From: an uncultured Verrucomicrobiae bacterium
Lineage (GTDB): Bacteria; Verrucomicrobiota; Verrucomicrobiia; Chthoniobacterales; Chthoniobacteraceae
Assembly: GCA_963836755.1 (NCBI GenBank)
Contig: CAWIKF010000002.1
Coordinates: 1,920,001 to 1,984,000 of the forward strand
DNA: 64,000 bases
Reading direction: 5' to 3'
Both the position numbers and the translations under genes were made by a program. The notes below the pieces were generated by a model. The model made no database searches. It saw only the letters and a list, made by a program, of their open reading frames with translations, and was not told the origin of the DNA. Below, one piece after another: positions 48,522 to 57,821 of this stretch. The stretch's first letter is position 1. Every line of letters begins with the position of its first letter.

Positions 48522-49601
48522 TTAGTCGCCGAAGGAAATTTCGACGGCGCGCGCGGTCTGGACCATCTGGCTGTTCGGCTGCACGAGGCGCAGGCGGCTT
48601 ACCGCTTCGGAAATCGGGACATCGGTCACGAGATAGTTTTGATACGAAACCATGTGGCCGAATTTGCCCTGGTTGATCATTTCCACGGCATGCACGCCGA
48701 AACGCGTGCCGAGGATACGGTCGAGCGTGGTCGGTGCGCCGCCGCGCTGCAAGTGGCCGAGCACGCAGGTGCGCGTTTCCTTGCCAGTGCGCGCGGCGAC
48801 TTCGCGCGCGACGACTTCCGCGATGCCGCCAAGCCGGTATTCGCCGCTTTCGGTTTTGTGCATCAGCTCGGAGCCATCTTTTGGCCGAGCTCCTTCTGCG
48901 ACGACGATCAATGTGCTCAGGCATCCATCGGCGTCGCGCTGCCGCACGGCTGCGGCAACTTTTTCGTAATCGAACGGAATTTCCGGCAGCAAAATAATGT
49001 CGGCGCCGCCGGCGAGACCGCCGTAAAGTGCGATCCATCCGGCGTGGCGTCCCATCACTTCGATGACCATCGCGCGCCGATGGCTGCTGGCCGTGGTGTG
49101 CAACCGATCGAGCGCGTCCGCGACACATGCGACCGCGGAATCGAACCCGAACGTCATCGCTGTTGCTTCCAGGTCGTTATCGATTGTTTTCGGCACGCCT
49201 ACCGTCGGAATGCCGGCCTCCGTGAGCTGAAGCGCAGTCGTCAGCGACCCATCACCACCGACGACGATGAGGCCCTCGACGCGCAAGCCGTTCAAAACTT
49301 TTCGCGCGTCCTCGATGATCTCGCTGGCAATGACGGCTTTCTCGCCCGCGCCAACTTTCGCGACAAAGTGCCCTTTGTTCGTCGTGCCGATAATGGTCCC
49401 GCCGAGCGGCATGATGCCGGCGGTTTTGTGCCGGTCGAGCATGATGAAATGACCGGGCGGTAGCAACCCCTCAAAGCCTTCCTTGAAGCCGACGACCTCC
49501 CAGCCGAGCGCCTGCGCGGCGCGGACGACGCCGCGAAGGACTGCGTTGAGCCCGGGGCAGTCTCCGCCACTTGTTAAAACTCCGATGCGTCTGCGTTGCA
49601 T
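48522..49601 (-). CDS. pfkA: 6-phosphofructokinase (group III type)
   Basis: TSGGDCPG, GGDGS, PKTIDND, MGR, LGHLQRGG. Confidence 0.96.
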   Translation of the reverse strand: MQRRRIGVLTSGGDCPGLNAVLRGVVRAAQALGWEVVGFKEGFEGLLPPGHFIMLDRHKTAGIMPLGGTIIGTTNKGHFVAKVGAGEKAVIASEIIEDARKVLNGLRVEGLIVVGGDGSLTTALQLTEAGIPTVGVPKTIDNDLEATAMTFGFDSAVACVADALDRLHTTASSHRRAMVIEVMGRHAGWIALYGGLAGGADIILLPEIPFDYEKVAAAVRQRDADGCLSTLIVVAEGARPKDGSELMHKTESGEYRLGGIAEVVAREVAARTGKETRTCVLGHLQRGGAPTTLDRILGTRFGVHAVEMINQGKFGHMVSYQNYLVTDVPISEAVSRLRLVQPNSQMVQTARAVEISFGD

Positions 49602-49610
49602 ATTGTTAGA

Positions 49611-50543
49611 TTATTGTTCGCCGCGTGCGAGCGGGCGGCCGGCGGCGCTCCAGTTGTCGTATGCCTGCCAGCCGCTGTGCAGGAGCGACAACGCCAGTCC
49701 GAACCGATCGCTGGCGCCGAGCACCACCACGATCAATCGCCGTGGCGTGATCTCGACTTTATTTTCGCCGATTGGTTTCGACTCCGGCGCGCGGGCAGCG
49801 GAGATGATTGCGCACTCGCCGGCGCGCGCGGTTGTGCCAGTCTTGACGCCATCGATTGCTTCCGTTCCGAGCAGCTGATTCGTGTTGTGCAATTGCCAGC
49901 CGCTCTGCGTGCCGTCCGCGTGCAGCACGATAATGTCGCGATCTTTTTGCGAAACGAAAAACCGGAACTGCGATTTCGCCATTGCGTAAGCCGTCAGATG
50001 GGCGAGGTCGGCGGCCGTGGAGTAGGGGAGCTTGCGCTCATTTGCATCGAGGCCGTGCGGATTGACGAAAAGCGTCCGCGTCATGCGCAGATGCCGCGCG
50101 AGAGCATTCATCTGCGCGACGAAGCGGATGAGCGGCGTGCCGCCGTCCGCCGCGCGAAGCGTCTCGCCGACATGCTCGGCGAGTGTGGCGGCCGCGATGT
50201 TGTCGCTTTGCAGCAATGCCGCGTAAAGCAAATCGCGCATCGAAAGGCGATCGCCAGGCTGCAGTCCGAGCGGGTTCGGCCCTTGCGGAAAATTTTGCGC
50301 GGGCACTGTCACAATCTGACCGATGTCGCCGTGCCGAACGTCGAGCCAATCAAAGACAACAGCAGCGGTCGCGATTTTTGTGAGACTGCCGACCTGCAAC
50401 TTTTTCTCGACATTTGACGAGAGTAAAACGTGGCCGGTGTTGCTATCGGTGACTGCGTAGGCGGCTGCGGATTGCGCGGGCGATTTCGCGGCAAGGCCGA
50501 TGAACAGAGCTCCGGCGACAAATACGAGACGGAAAAATTTCAT
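49611..50543 (-). CDS. D-alanyl-D-alanine carboxypeptidase (peptidase S11)
   Basis: SLTK, SDN, NPHGLD, KTG motifs, signal peptide. Confidence 0.93.
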   Translation of the reverse strand: MKFFRLVFVAGALFIGLAAKSPAQSAAAYAVTDSNTGHVLLSSNVEKKLQVGSLTKIATAAVVFDWLDVRHGDIGQIVTVPAQNFPQGPNPLGLQPGDRLSMRDLLYAALLQSDNIAAATLAEHVGETLRAADGGTPLIRFVAQMNALARHLRMTRTLFVNPHGLDANERKLPYSTAADLAHLTAYAMAKSQFRFFVSQKDRDIIVLHADGTQSGWQLHNTNQLLGTEAIDGVKTGTTARAGECAIISAARAPESKPIGENKVEITPRRLIVVVLGASDRFGLALSLLHSGWQAYDNWSAAGRPLARGEQ

Positions 50544-50650
50544 TTGCGAAGCCGCAGAGCGTATCGCGCGCTCGCGAATTGGCAATAGGCAAACCGGGCC
50601 GCTTACCCGCCGCTAAACTGGCTCAATCCGCACGGTGGCGGAGAGCCGAA

Positions 50651-51181
50651 TTAGTGACCAGCGGCCGTGCGCGGATTCAAGACGGCTTTCATCCCGTCGG
50701 GCGAATACGCTTCGCCGATCAACTTGTCGCCTTCGTAAACCTGTGCGGCGACGCCAATTAACTTTGTTCCCGTGGCGCGAATGTGCTTTCCCTTGTCGTT
50801 GTAGGCGCCGGTCGAACTCGCGGAAACTTCCTTTGTCGTCAACGTCGTCTTCGCGTTCGGCCCGACGTCAGCGGGCATGTCGCCTTGCGATTCGACGCCA
50901 GCCTCGTGCGTCGCGAAATTGCGCGAGAGGAAAAAATATTTGACCTTCAATCCCTTCAAATCCCTCGTCGTTTGGTTTTGGATTACGATCTCAATCTTTG
51001 CGCGCTCGGTTTCGGCAGCCGGCGGCTTTTTCTTCGGGTCGGGCGTCGCGCGGTCCTTCGCGGTAGTCGTATTGATTTTATGAATTTCGACGCCGACATC
51101 ACTCGCGCGCACGCTCGGTGCTGCGGCGCAGAAAATGGCTCCGGCGAAGATCGCGGCTGTGAAAAAGGAGGAACGTTTCAT
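50651..51181 (-). CDS. Secreted hypothetical beta-rich protein
   Basis: Signal peptide MKRSSFFTAAIFAGAIFCAAAPSVRA. Confidence 0.75.
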   Translation of the reverse strand: MKRSSFFTAAIFAGAIFCAAAPSVRASDVGVEIHKINTTTAKDRATPDPKKKPPAAETERAKIEIVIQNQTTRDLKGLKVKYFFLSRNFATHEAGVESQGDMPADVGPNAKTTLTTKEVSASSTGAYNDKGKHIRATGTKLIGVAAQVYEGDKLIGEAYSPDGMKAVLNPRTAAGH

Positions 51182-51259
51182 GGCAAAAAGAAAACACAGG
51201 AAACGTCGGCGCGTCAACAAGCGTATGCGTTTGTTCACAACCCTCGATGTTCCGTCACC

Positions 51260-51295
51260 AAAAAAAACGGGGAGCCCAAAGCCTTGGACTCCCCG
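51260..51295 (-). terminator. Rho-independent terminator
   Basis: CGGGGAG...CTCCCCG stem followed by T8 on the minus strand. Confidence 0.88.
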
Positions 51296-51330
51296 CTGAC
51301 GCGGCGGTGCTGTGACGGAAATTTTCTCGC

Positions 51331-52005
51331 TTATCTGATGGTCGGGGACGTGCGGATGCCGTAGCCGTGCGGGTCGGGCGTGAGCGCCTCATAGATGCGC
51401 TCGGCCGCGTTGCGATAATCAAAGGGCGGCGCGTAGCCGAGGCCGGGCGCAGTGACGGAGCCGAATTTGCCGGTCTCGCGGCTGCCGCCGGCAACATCGA
51501 ATTCATAAATAATCGCGCCGTGCGTGGTCTGGACGGCTTCGGAAACTGCGTTGCCATCCTTGTCTTTGCCGTCGGTGAGGACGCCGCGCGTTTCGAGATC
51601 GATGACGCGGACGTGGATGATGACTTTTGACGACCCGACGCCAAAAACATTGCCGGGAAGCGAGCGCTCAGTTGGGCTGCCGGCGTCGACGCGATCAATG
51701 TCGCCCTCGACCAGCCAGCCGGTGCGCGGCCTTTCGTCATCTTTCAAAACCATCGCCGGAGCGATTTGCTCGAGCTGTTCCTTCAAAATTTCCGCAAATT
51801 CCGCGGGCGCCAGCGAGCGGCGGATCGCGCGTTCACCGATGCTGTGATGGCTGCCGCGGAAATCGGTGTGGCTGACATCGAAGGGGCGGATGTAAATGGA
51901 GCGCGGGTTCGTTGCGCCGGTGGCAACGTCAGTGTGTGTGACTTTGACGCCGGCGCACGAGGCCAGGAGGAATGCCGAGCAGATCGCTAAAAGGTGATGT
52001 TTCAT
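51331..52005 (-). CDS. Lipoprotein, DUF4410-like
   Basis: Lipobox LASC; IYIRPF, LVEG.I.RVDAGS...R....FGVG.S. Confidence 0.75.
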   Translation of the reverse strand: MKHHLLAICSAFLLASCAGVKVTHTDVATGATNPRSIYIRPFDVSHTDFRGSHHSIGERAIRRSLAPAEFAEILKEQLEQIAPAMVLKDDERPRTGWLVEGDIDRVDAGSPTERSLPGNVFGVGSSKVIIHVRVIDLETRGVLTDGKDKDGNAVSEAVQTTHGAIIYEFDVAGGSRETGKFGSVTAPGLGYAPPFDYRNAAERIYEALTPDPHGYGIRTSPTIR

Positions 52006-52025
52006 ACGCAGTTCCGGCATGAGAG

Positions 52026-52042
52026 TGCAGGAAGCGTGCCGG
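52026..52042 (-). promoter_or_regulatory. Sigma54 -24/-12 promoter of the lipoprotein gene
   Basis: Minus strand CCGGCACGCTTCCTGCA, near consensus, 20 nt before ATG. Confidence 0.75.
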
Positions 52043-52081
52043 GAGGTTTTGAATTTTGATTTTGAACGGAGCCTCCGCGAG

Positions 52082-52534
52082 TTAGTCGGAAATTTCCAGC
52101 CGCGGCGCGTGGTTAGGGTGCCAAGGATTTCGCTGAAAATCACTTGCCGCGATTTCCTCCGCATGCTGCGCGCAAAGCTCGCAAAGCGCGGCGACATCAA
52201 AGCTGAGATGGTGCGGGCGATACGCGTCAAGGTTCCGCGCAGCCAGCAAAAAAAGCCGCGCGGCGGGCCTGAGCCGGCGCCCATCTTTCGCATGCGATGG
52301 CCGCAGGAATTGCTTTTGCAAATGAACGAACGCGCCCGCAGCCTGGATGAGGCCTTTATAATAAGCGTAATTTTCGTCGCGGCCTTGAAGCCAGAGATGC
52401 TCGAGCACGTCATGCGCTTCGTAATAGCGCTGCTCGTTGAAGCATTGAAAAAAGCCGGTGTAGCACGGGTCGAGCGCAGGGTGCGCCGCGCCGAGCTGCT
52501 CCACGAATGCCGTCATGCGATCCGCTTTTTTCAT
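52082..52534 (-). CDS. DUF309 domain protein
   Basis: FN...YYEAHDVLE.LW, YKGLIQAA. Confidence 0.9.
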   Translation of the reverse strand: MKKADRMTAFVEQLGAAHPALDPCYTGFFQCFNEQRYYEAHDVLEHLWLQGRDENYAYYKGLIQAAGAFVHLQKQFLRPSHAKDGRRLRPAARLFLLAARNLDAYRPHHLSFDVAALCELCAQHAEEIAASDFQRNPWHPNHAPRLEISD

Positions 52535-52553
52535 CGCCGCTTGTCTCGGCCGA

Positions 52554-52581
52554 CAAATCGCAAATTGCAAATCGCAAATCG
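52554..52581 (+). repeat. Intergenic heptamer tandem repeat (CAAATYG)x4
   Basis: CAAATCG CAAATTG CAAATCG CAAATCG. Confidence 0.85.
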
Positions 52582-52603
52582 GAAACGATAATCGGCGAGC
52601 TTC

Positions 52604-53851
52604 ATGTCCGCAGGGGCGCTCGTTGTCATTCTCATCGTGCTCGCGGCTGTCTCGGCGCTTTTTTCGGCGATCGAAACGGCCATGTTTTCGCTGCAGGCCT
52701 ATCAAATCCAGCGGCTGCACCAGCGCAACCCGCACCTCGCCCAGGCGCTCAATCGGCTCATGGAAAATCCGCGCCGGCTCCTGAGCGCGATCCTGCTCGG
52801 CGATGCGTTCGCGAATCTCCCACTGATCGCGCTCTCGATTTTTTTGATCCGCGAAAAACTTTCGCACGCCGTTCCATTCTGGCTGGCGGCGCTCGTGATC
52901 TTTGCGCTCATCGTGCTCGTGTGCGATCTCGGGCCAAAGATGCTCGCTCTCGCGCAGCCGTATCGCGTTTCAAAAATCGGCGTCCTCGTGATGCAGCTCG
53001 TGATGCCGCTTTTCGACCCGCTCGCGCGGCTGCTCCAGCGCCTGAGCGAGACGGTTGCGAATGCGCTGGCGACGCCGCGTTTGACGCCGAATCAACATTT
53101 GAGCGAGGAGGAGCTCGAAACGCTCGTGCAGCTGAGCACCGAGGACGGCGAACTCGCGGCCGAGGAAAGCGAGATGATTCAGGAAATCATCAAGCTCGGC
53201 GACAAAACCGTGAAAGACTGCATGACGCCGCGCGTTGATGCGTTCACGCTGCCGGACGATTTGACCAACGAGGAGGCGATCGCGCAGCTGAAATTGAAAC
53301 GCCATCGGCGCGTGCCGGTCTACGCGGAAACGCCCGACGACATCCTCGGCATCATCGACGTGCCCGCATTCCTGCTCGATCCGCGCGAACACTACACCGC
53401 CACGATGATCGCGCCGTCCTTCGTGCCGGAGACAATGAAAGCGCTCGATTTGCTCCGCGGTTTTTTGCGGCTTCCGCAAGGCCTCGCAGTCATCGTCGAT
53501 GAGTTCGGCGGCACCGAAGGAATCGTCACGCTCAGCGACATCATCGAGGAAATCATCAGCGACGCTGTGCCGGCCGCCGACCAGGCGCTCTACATCGAGG
53601 CCGCTGGCGATGGACGCGTCATCGCCAGCGGCCGCACGCGACTCGACGATCTCGAGGAGCTGGGATTCACATTTTCCGCCGACGGCGTCGATACAATCGG
53701 CGGCCTCATTTTCAACCGTCTCGGTTTTCTGCCAAAAGCCGGCGCGACTTTGCGCATCGGCGATTGCGATCTCAACGTCCGGCGCAGCTCGCGCAAAGGC
53801 GTCGAGGAAGTTTTGATTACGCGCGAAAAAGTTTCGGAGGATGCCGCATGA
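52604..53851 (+). CDS. CNNM/CorB-family transporter (DUF21-CBS-CorC)
   Basis: FSAIETA, MTPR, FVPE, VDEFGGTEGIVT, DTIGG. Confidence 0.93.
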   Translation: MSAGALVVILIVLAAVSALFSAIETAMFSLQAYQIQRLHQRNPHLAQALNRLMENPRRLLSAILLGDAFANLPLIALSIFLIREKLSHAVPFWLAALVIFALIVLVCDLGPKMLALAQPYRVSKIGVLVMQLVMPLFDPLARLLQRLSETVANALATPRLTPNQHLSEEELETLVQLSTEDGELAAEESEMIQEIIKLGDKTVKDCMTPRVDAFTLPDDLTNEEAIAQLKLKRHRRVPVYAETPDDILGIIDVPAFLLDPREHYTATMIAPSFVPETMKALDLLRGFLRLPQGLAVIVDEFGGTEGIVTLSDIIEEIISDAVPAADQALYIEAAGDGRVIASGRTRLDDLEELGFTFSADGVDTIGGLIFNRLGFLPKAGATLRIGDCDLNVRRSSRKGVEEVLITREKVSEDAA

Positions 53852-54801
53852 CATGGTTCGCGATCGCAGGTTGCCTGATGATTTCGTTTATTTTTTCCGG
53901 CATCGAAGCGGGAATTTTGTCCCTCAATCGCGTCCGTCTGCGGCATCGTTTGAAAATCAAGGATCCCGCCGCGATCAAGCTGCAGCGCCTGCTCGCGCAA
54001 CCGGAGCGACTGTTCGTGACGGTGTTGCTCGTCACCAATTTCATGAACATCTGCGCGCTGATTCTTGCCGCGCAAGAGTTCGTTCGGCGCTTTGGAAATA
54101 TCGGCTACGTCATGGCCGCCGCGGTGGCGCTGCCGATTTATTTGCTCGGCCTCGAGCTGCTGCCGAAATCTCTTTTTCGCCGCTTCCCGTATCGCGCGCT
54201 CGCCGCGCTTTCGGAGCCGCTGCGTCTCATCGATTTGCTACTTTCACCGCTTTTCGCGGTCGTCTGGTGGCTCGTGAAACCTCTCGTTGCGCAAAAAAGC
54301 GAACAGCCGAAAAAACTTTTCGTCGCGCGCGAGGATTTCAAATATTTCACGATCGAAAGCGAACGACAGGGAACGCTGACCAAAGTTGAGCGCCAGATGA
54401 TTCACAACGTCGTCGACTTCCGTAAAATTCGCGCGAAGGAAGTGATGGTGCCAATGGAAAAAGTGCGCGCCGTCAGCTCCGACGCGACGACTGCGCAGGT
54501 GCTGCAAATCTTTCGCGAAACAAAAGTGGATCGGCTTCCCGTCGTTTCCGCGTCAGGCGAAATCACAGGGCTCGTCAATGTTTTCGAGGTGCTCGTCGAG
54601 CCGTTGCAAAGCGAAAAAGTCAGCGCGTATCAACGCCGCATCGTGACCGCCGGCGAAAACGAAGAGGCATATCACGTGATCCGAAAGTTGCGTGCAGCGC
54701 GCAGCACCCTCGCGGCTGTCGTCGACGCATCTGCCAAGCCGCTCGGCATCGTGAGCTCGGAAGATTTACTCAACCGCCTGGTCAACACCGCGGTAGCGTA
54801 A
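53848..54801 (+). CDS. CNNM-family protein (DUF21-CBS, no CorC domain)
   Basis: FSGIEAG, ELLPK, VMVP, GIVSSEDLL; ATGA overlap. Confidence 0.9.
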   Translation: MTWFAIAGCLMISFIFSGIEAGILSLNRVRLRHRLKIKDPAAIKLQRLLAQPERLFVTVLLVTNFMNICALILAAQEFVRRFGNIGYVMAAAVALPIYLLGLELLPKSLFRRFPYRALAALSEPLRLIDLLLSPLFAVVWWLVKPLVAQKSEQPKKLFVAREDFKYFTIESERQGTLTKVERQMIHNVVDFRKIRAKEVMVPMEKVRAVSSDATTAQVLQIFRETKVDRLPVVSASGEITGLVNVFEVLVEPLQSEKVSAYQRRIVTAGENEEAYHVIRKLRAARSTLAAVVDASAKPLGIVSSEDLLNRLVNTAVA

Positions 54802-54804
54802 ACT

Positions 54805-56394
54805 TTATTCCCACTCAATCGTCGCCGGCGGTTTGCTTGAGATATCGTAGCAAACACGGTTCACACCTTTGACTTCATTGATGATGCGGCTGGAAATTTT
54901 GCCGAGCAATTCATACGGAAGCCGCACCCAATCCGCCGTCATCCCGTCCTGACTTTCCACGATGCGCAGCGCGATCGTATTTTCATAAGTCCGCTCGTCG
55001 CCCATCACGCCGACACTGCGCACGGGCAGCAGCACCGCAAAGCTTTGCCAGACGCGATAATACCAGTCGCTCGCCTTCATCTCGCTCACGACGATTGCGT
55101 CTGCGTCGCGCAAAATGCGAAGCCGCTCGCGCGTGATCTCGCCCAAAATTCGCACCGCGAGACCCGGCCCCGGAAACGGCTGGCGATGGACGATTTCGTT
55201 CGGCAGGCCAAGCTGTATGCCGACCTGGCGCACTTCGTCTTTGAAAAGCTGGCGCAGCGGCTCAACGAGTTTCAGCTTCATCCGCTTCGGCAAACCGCCG
55301 ACGTTGTGATGCGATTTGATGAGTGCCGCGGGATTGCCGGAGATCGAGACACTTTCGATCACGTCGGGATACAGCGTGCCCTGAGCCAAGAATTTAAACT
55401 TCGCTTTTTTATTTTTGGAAAGCGAGACGACGGCGTCGTCGAAAACGCGGATGAATTCGTTGCCGATGATTTTTCGTTTTCGTTCCGGATCGGTCACTCC
55501 TTTTAGCTTTGTTAAGAAACGTGTGGAGGCATCGATGTATTTTAACTTCACGCGGAAATTTTCGCCGAAAACCCGCTGGACAACCTCCGCTTCCTTCGAG
55601 CGCAGCAGTCCATTGTTCACGAAGATGCAGGTGAGATTGTCGCCGATTGCCTTGTGCAAAAGTGCCGCGGCCACGCTCGAATCGACGCCGCCGCTGAGCC
55701 CGAGCACGACGTGATCGTCGCCCACCAGCGCACGCACTTCCGCGCATGTTTGCTCAATGAACGAACCCATCGTCCAATCCATTTTGCAGCCGCAGATTTG
55801 AAACACGAAATTCTGGAGGATTTCCTTTCCGCGCGGCGTGTGCGCGACCTCAGGATGAAACTGCAGGCCGTAAAACTTCCGTTTAAAGTCCGCAATCGCC
55901 GCGAAGGGCGAGTTGTCAGTCTTCGCGATGGCTGCGAAACCGCGCGGAAGTTTCGTGAGCTTGTCGCCATGCGAGTTCCAGACCTCGATGGTGGCGGGCA
56001 GGCCGTGGAAAAGTTCGCCGCCGTGCGCATCTTTTTGCCCATTTAAATGAAGTGTGCCGGCGCCGTATTCGCGTCGCTCGGAGTGCTCAACTTTGCCGCC
56101 AAGATGAAAACCCATCAGCTGCATGCCGTAGCAAATTCCCAGCACGGGCAGGCCGAGCTTGAAAATATCGCGATCGATCTGCGGCACATTTTTTCCATAA
56201 ACGCTGGCCGGTCCGCCCGACAGAATGATTCCGCTAGCGCCGAGTTTCTTGAGCTCCCGCGCGGGCAGATCGAAACGGACGATCTGCGAAAAAACCTGGC
56301 ACTCGCGGACGCGGCGCGCGATGACCTGCGTGTATTGCGAGCCGAAGTCGAGGATCGCGATTTTTGCCCCGTGGAATGCGTCTGCTTGTGCCAT
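54805..56394 (-). CDS. guaA: GMP synthase (glutamine-hydrolysing)
   Basis: [31 protein letters not shown]. Confidence 0.99.
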   Translation of the reverse strand: MAQADAFHGAKIAILDFGSQYTQVIARRVRECQVFSQIVRFDLPARELKKLGASGIILSGGPASVYGKNVPQIDRDIFKLGLPVLGICYGMQLMGFHLGGKVEHSERREYGAGTLHLNGQKDAHGGELFHGLPATIEVWNSHGDKLTKLPRGFAAIAKTDNSPFAAIADFKRKFYGLQFHPEVAHTPRGKEILQNFVFQICGCKMDWTMGSFIEQTCAEVRALVGDDHVVLGLSGGVDSSVAAALLHKAIGDNLTCIFVNNGLLRSKEAEVVQRVFGENFRVKLKYIDASTRFLTKLKGVTDPERKRKIIGNEFIRVFDDAVVSLSKNKKAKFKFLAQGTLYPDVIESVSISGNPAALIKSHHNVGGLPKRMKLKLVEPLRQLFKDEVRQVGIQLGLPNEIVHRQPFPGPGLAVRILGEITRERLRILRDADAIVVSEMKASDWYYRVWQSFAVLLPVRSVGVMGDERTYENTIALRIVESQDGMTADWVRLPYELLGKISSRIINEVKGVNRVCYDISSKPPATIEWE

Positions 56395-56441
56395 GAAATG
56401 TGTTGGCAAAAAGCGCACATCCCGCGCAACGAAAATCGGCC

Positions 56442-56515
56442 TGCGCCCGGCGGGGGTCGAACCCACAACCTTCGGCTTCGGAGGCCGACGCTCTATCCAG
56501 TTGAGCTACGGACGC
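56442..56515 (-). tRNA. tRNA-Arg(CCG), CCA not encoded
   Basis: GCGTCCGTAGCTCAACTGGATAGAGC-GTCGGC CT CCG AA GCCGA-...GGTTCGACCCC...GGGCGCA cloverleaf. Confidence 0.97.
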
Positions 56516-56620
56516 GTGAGTGGCGCATGCTACCGGCGCGCGCGGTGCAGCGCAAGGGCCCGAATGCAGAATTTGGCTGGCATTGACGCGGCCGCAATGG
56601 CGAGGCTTACTAAAGGTGCG

Positions 56621-56935
56621 ATGAAAACGTTGTTAATCGTTCTGTTCGCGGCCGGTTGCGCCGTGCTTTGGTCACAATTGCAAAACAAAACCAAAGAGCT
56701 CGCGGATACAAACGAGTCGCTTGCAACAGCACAAGCTTTGCTCCAGCAGACGCAGGTTGCGTTGAAAAAAACGCAGGACCAATTGAAGAACCTTATCGCC
56801 GCTTCCGCGAGGACTGGAGCCGCGGGACAAGTCGCGCAGCCTGGTTCAACCGCCACGCCGGTGCCCGGCTGGTTCCAGGAGAGGATGCAGGAAAATGAGC
56901 CGACGTTAAAAAGCATGGCGCCGAAAAAACTTTGA
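56621..56935 (+). CDS. Small membrane-anchored or secreted coiled-coil protein
   Basis: Hydrophobic N-terminus followed by Q/L heptads. Confidence 0.7.
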   Translation: MKTLLIVLFAAGCAVLWSQLQNKTKELADTNESLATAQALLQQTQVALKKTQDQLKNLIAASARTGAAGQVAQPGSTATPVPGWFQERMQENEPTLKSMAPKKL

Positions 56936-56945
56936 CGCCAAGCAT

Positions 56946-57791
56946 TCACGCCTTGCCGCCGCTCGTGTGAACGTCGCGCACCGATTCGCTTTCGTCGCCG
57001 TCAAACTCCCACAGCAGCCAGTCGTCATTTTGCACGTAACGCTTTTGCTTGTTGTCCCATCGCTGCGGCAATTGGCGTGAAAGTTTTTCCAAAAACGGCA
57101 GCAAAGGATTTTGCGGAACGTGACGCTGCTCGAGCGCATCCATTGGGCTCGCCGGCCAATGAAAACGGCTGGCGTATGCGCTGAAGCCGAAGCCGTCGAA
57201 AAAATTGTCGCCGCCGACCAGCGGCATATACCAGAGGCTCGGGATGCCGCGCGGGTTTGATTTGATCGGCACCTCTGCGGCCAACTGATCGAGGAGTGCG
57301 AGCGCATTTTCATCTGCTTGCAGATGTGCGCGCAATTGCTCCATCGCCGGAAAAATCACCGGCGGGCTGACGAAGAGCACCGGCTTCCACTGCAGCCGTG
57401 AGAGGACGATCTCGTGCACGGTGCCGACGCTGTAAATATTCGTCGGCACGAATGCGATGGTGAAATCGCTTGTGTCAACCATGCGCAAATCGATGTGCAA
57501 AGTTTCCCAAAATTTCTCTGCGCATGCCGCTCGCGTTTCGTCGCCCGACTGGCCCTGCTCAAAAGTCCAGTGCTCGCGAACGTCAATCGTATGCACATCC
57601 TCGAGGCCGTATTCCTGGAGACCGCGCACCGACGGTTTGAACCACGGATCAAACACAACCGCGCCGAACGAGCGCAGAAAATCGCCCACACGATTGCGCC
57701 AGCCGAATTTTTTCTCGTCGGAGCGCGACGCCACGAAATCCATCGGCCCGGAGAGGTAAACGCGAGCGCCGCGCAGGAAGTTTTGACTCAT
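56946..57791 (-). CDS. Nucleoside 2-deoxyribosyltransferase-like (NDT/Rcl fold) protein
   Basis: VYLSGPM, FDP, IDLRMVDTSD, SVGTVHEI, KPV. Confidence 0.7.
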   Translation of the reverse strand: MSQNFLRGARVYLSGPMDFVASRSDEKKFGWRNRVGDFLRSFGAVVFDPWFKPSVRGLQEYGLEDVHTIDVREHWTFEQGQSGDETRAACAEKFWETLHIDLRMVDTSDFTIAFVPTNIYSVGTVHEIVLSRLQWKPVLFVSPPVIFPAMEQLRAHLQADENALALLDQLAAEVPIKSNPRGIPSLWYMPLVGGDNFFDGFGFSAYASRFHWPASPMDALEQRHVPQNPLLPFLEKLSRQLPQRWDNKQKRYVQNDDWLLWEFDGDESESVRDVHTSGGKA

Positions 57792-57821
57792 GCGCGAGTT
57801 AACGCGAAGCGCGGAAAAATT

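Noticed and set aside
56442..57791. tRNA-anchored genomic island
   Set aside because: The tRNA 3' end abuts guaA; no integrase or duplicated tRNA end was seen
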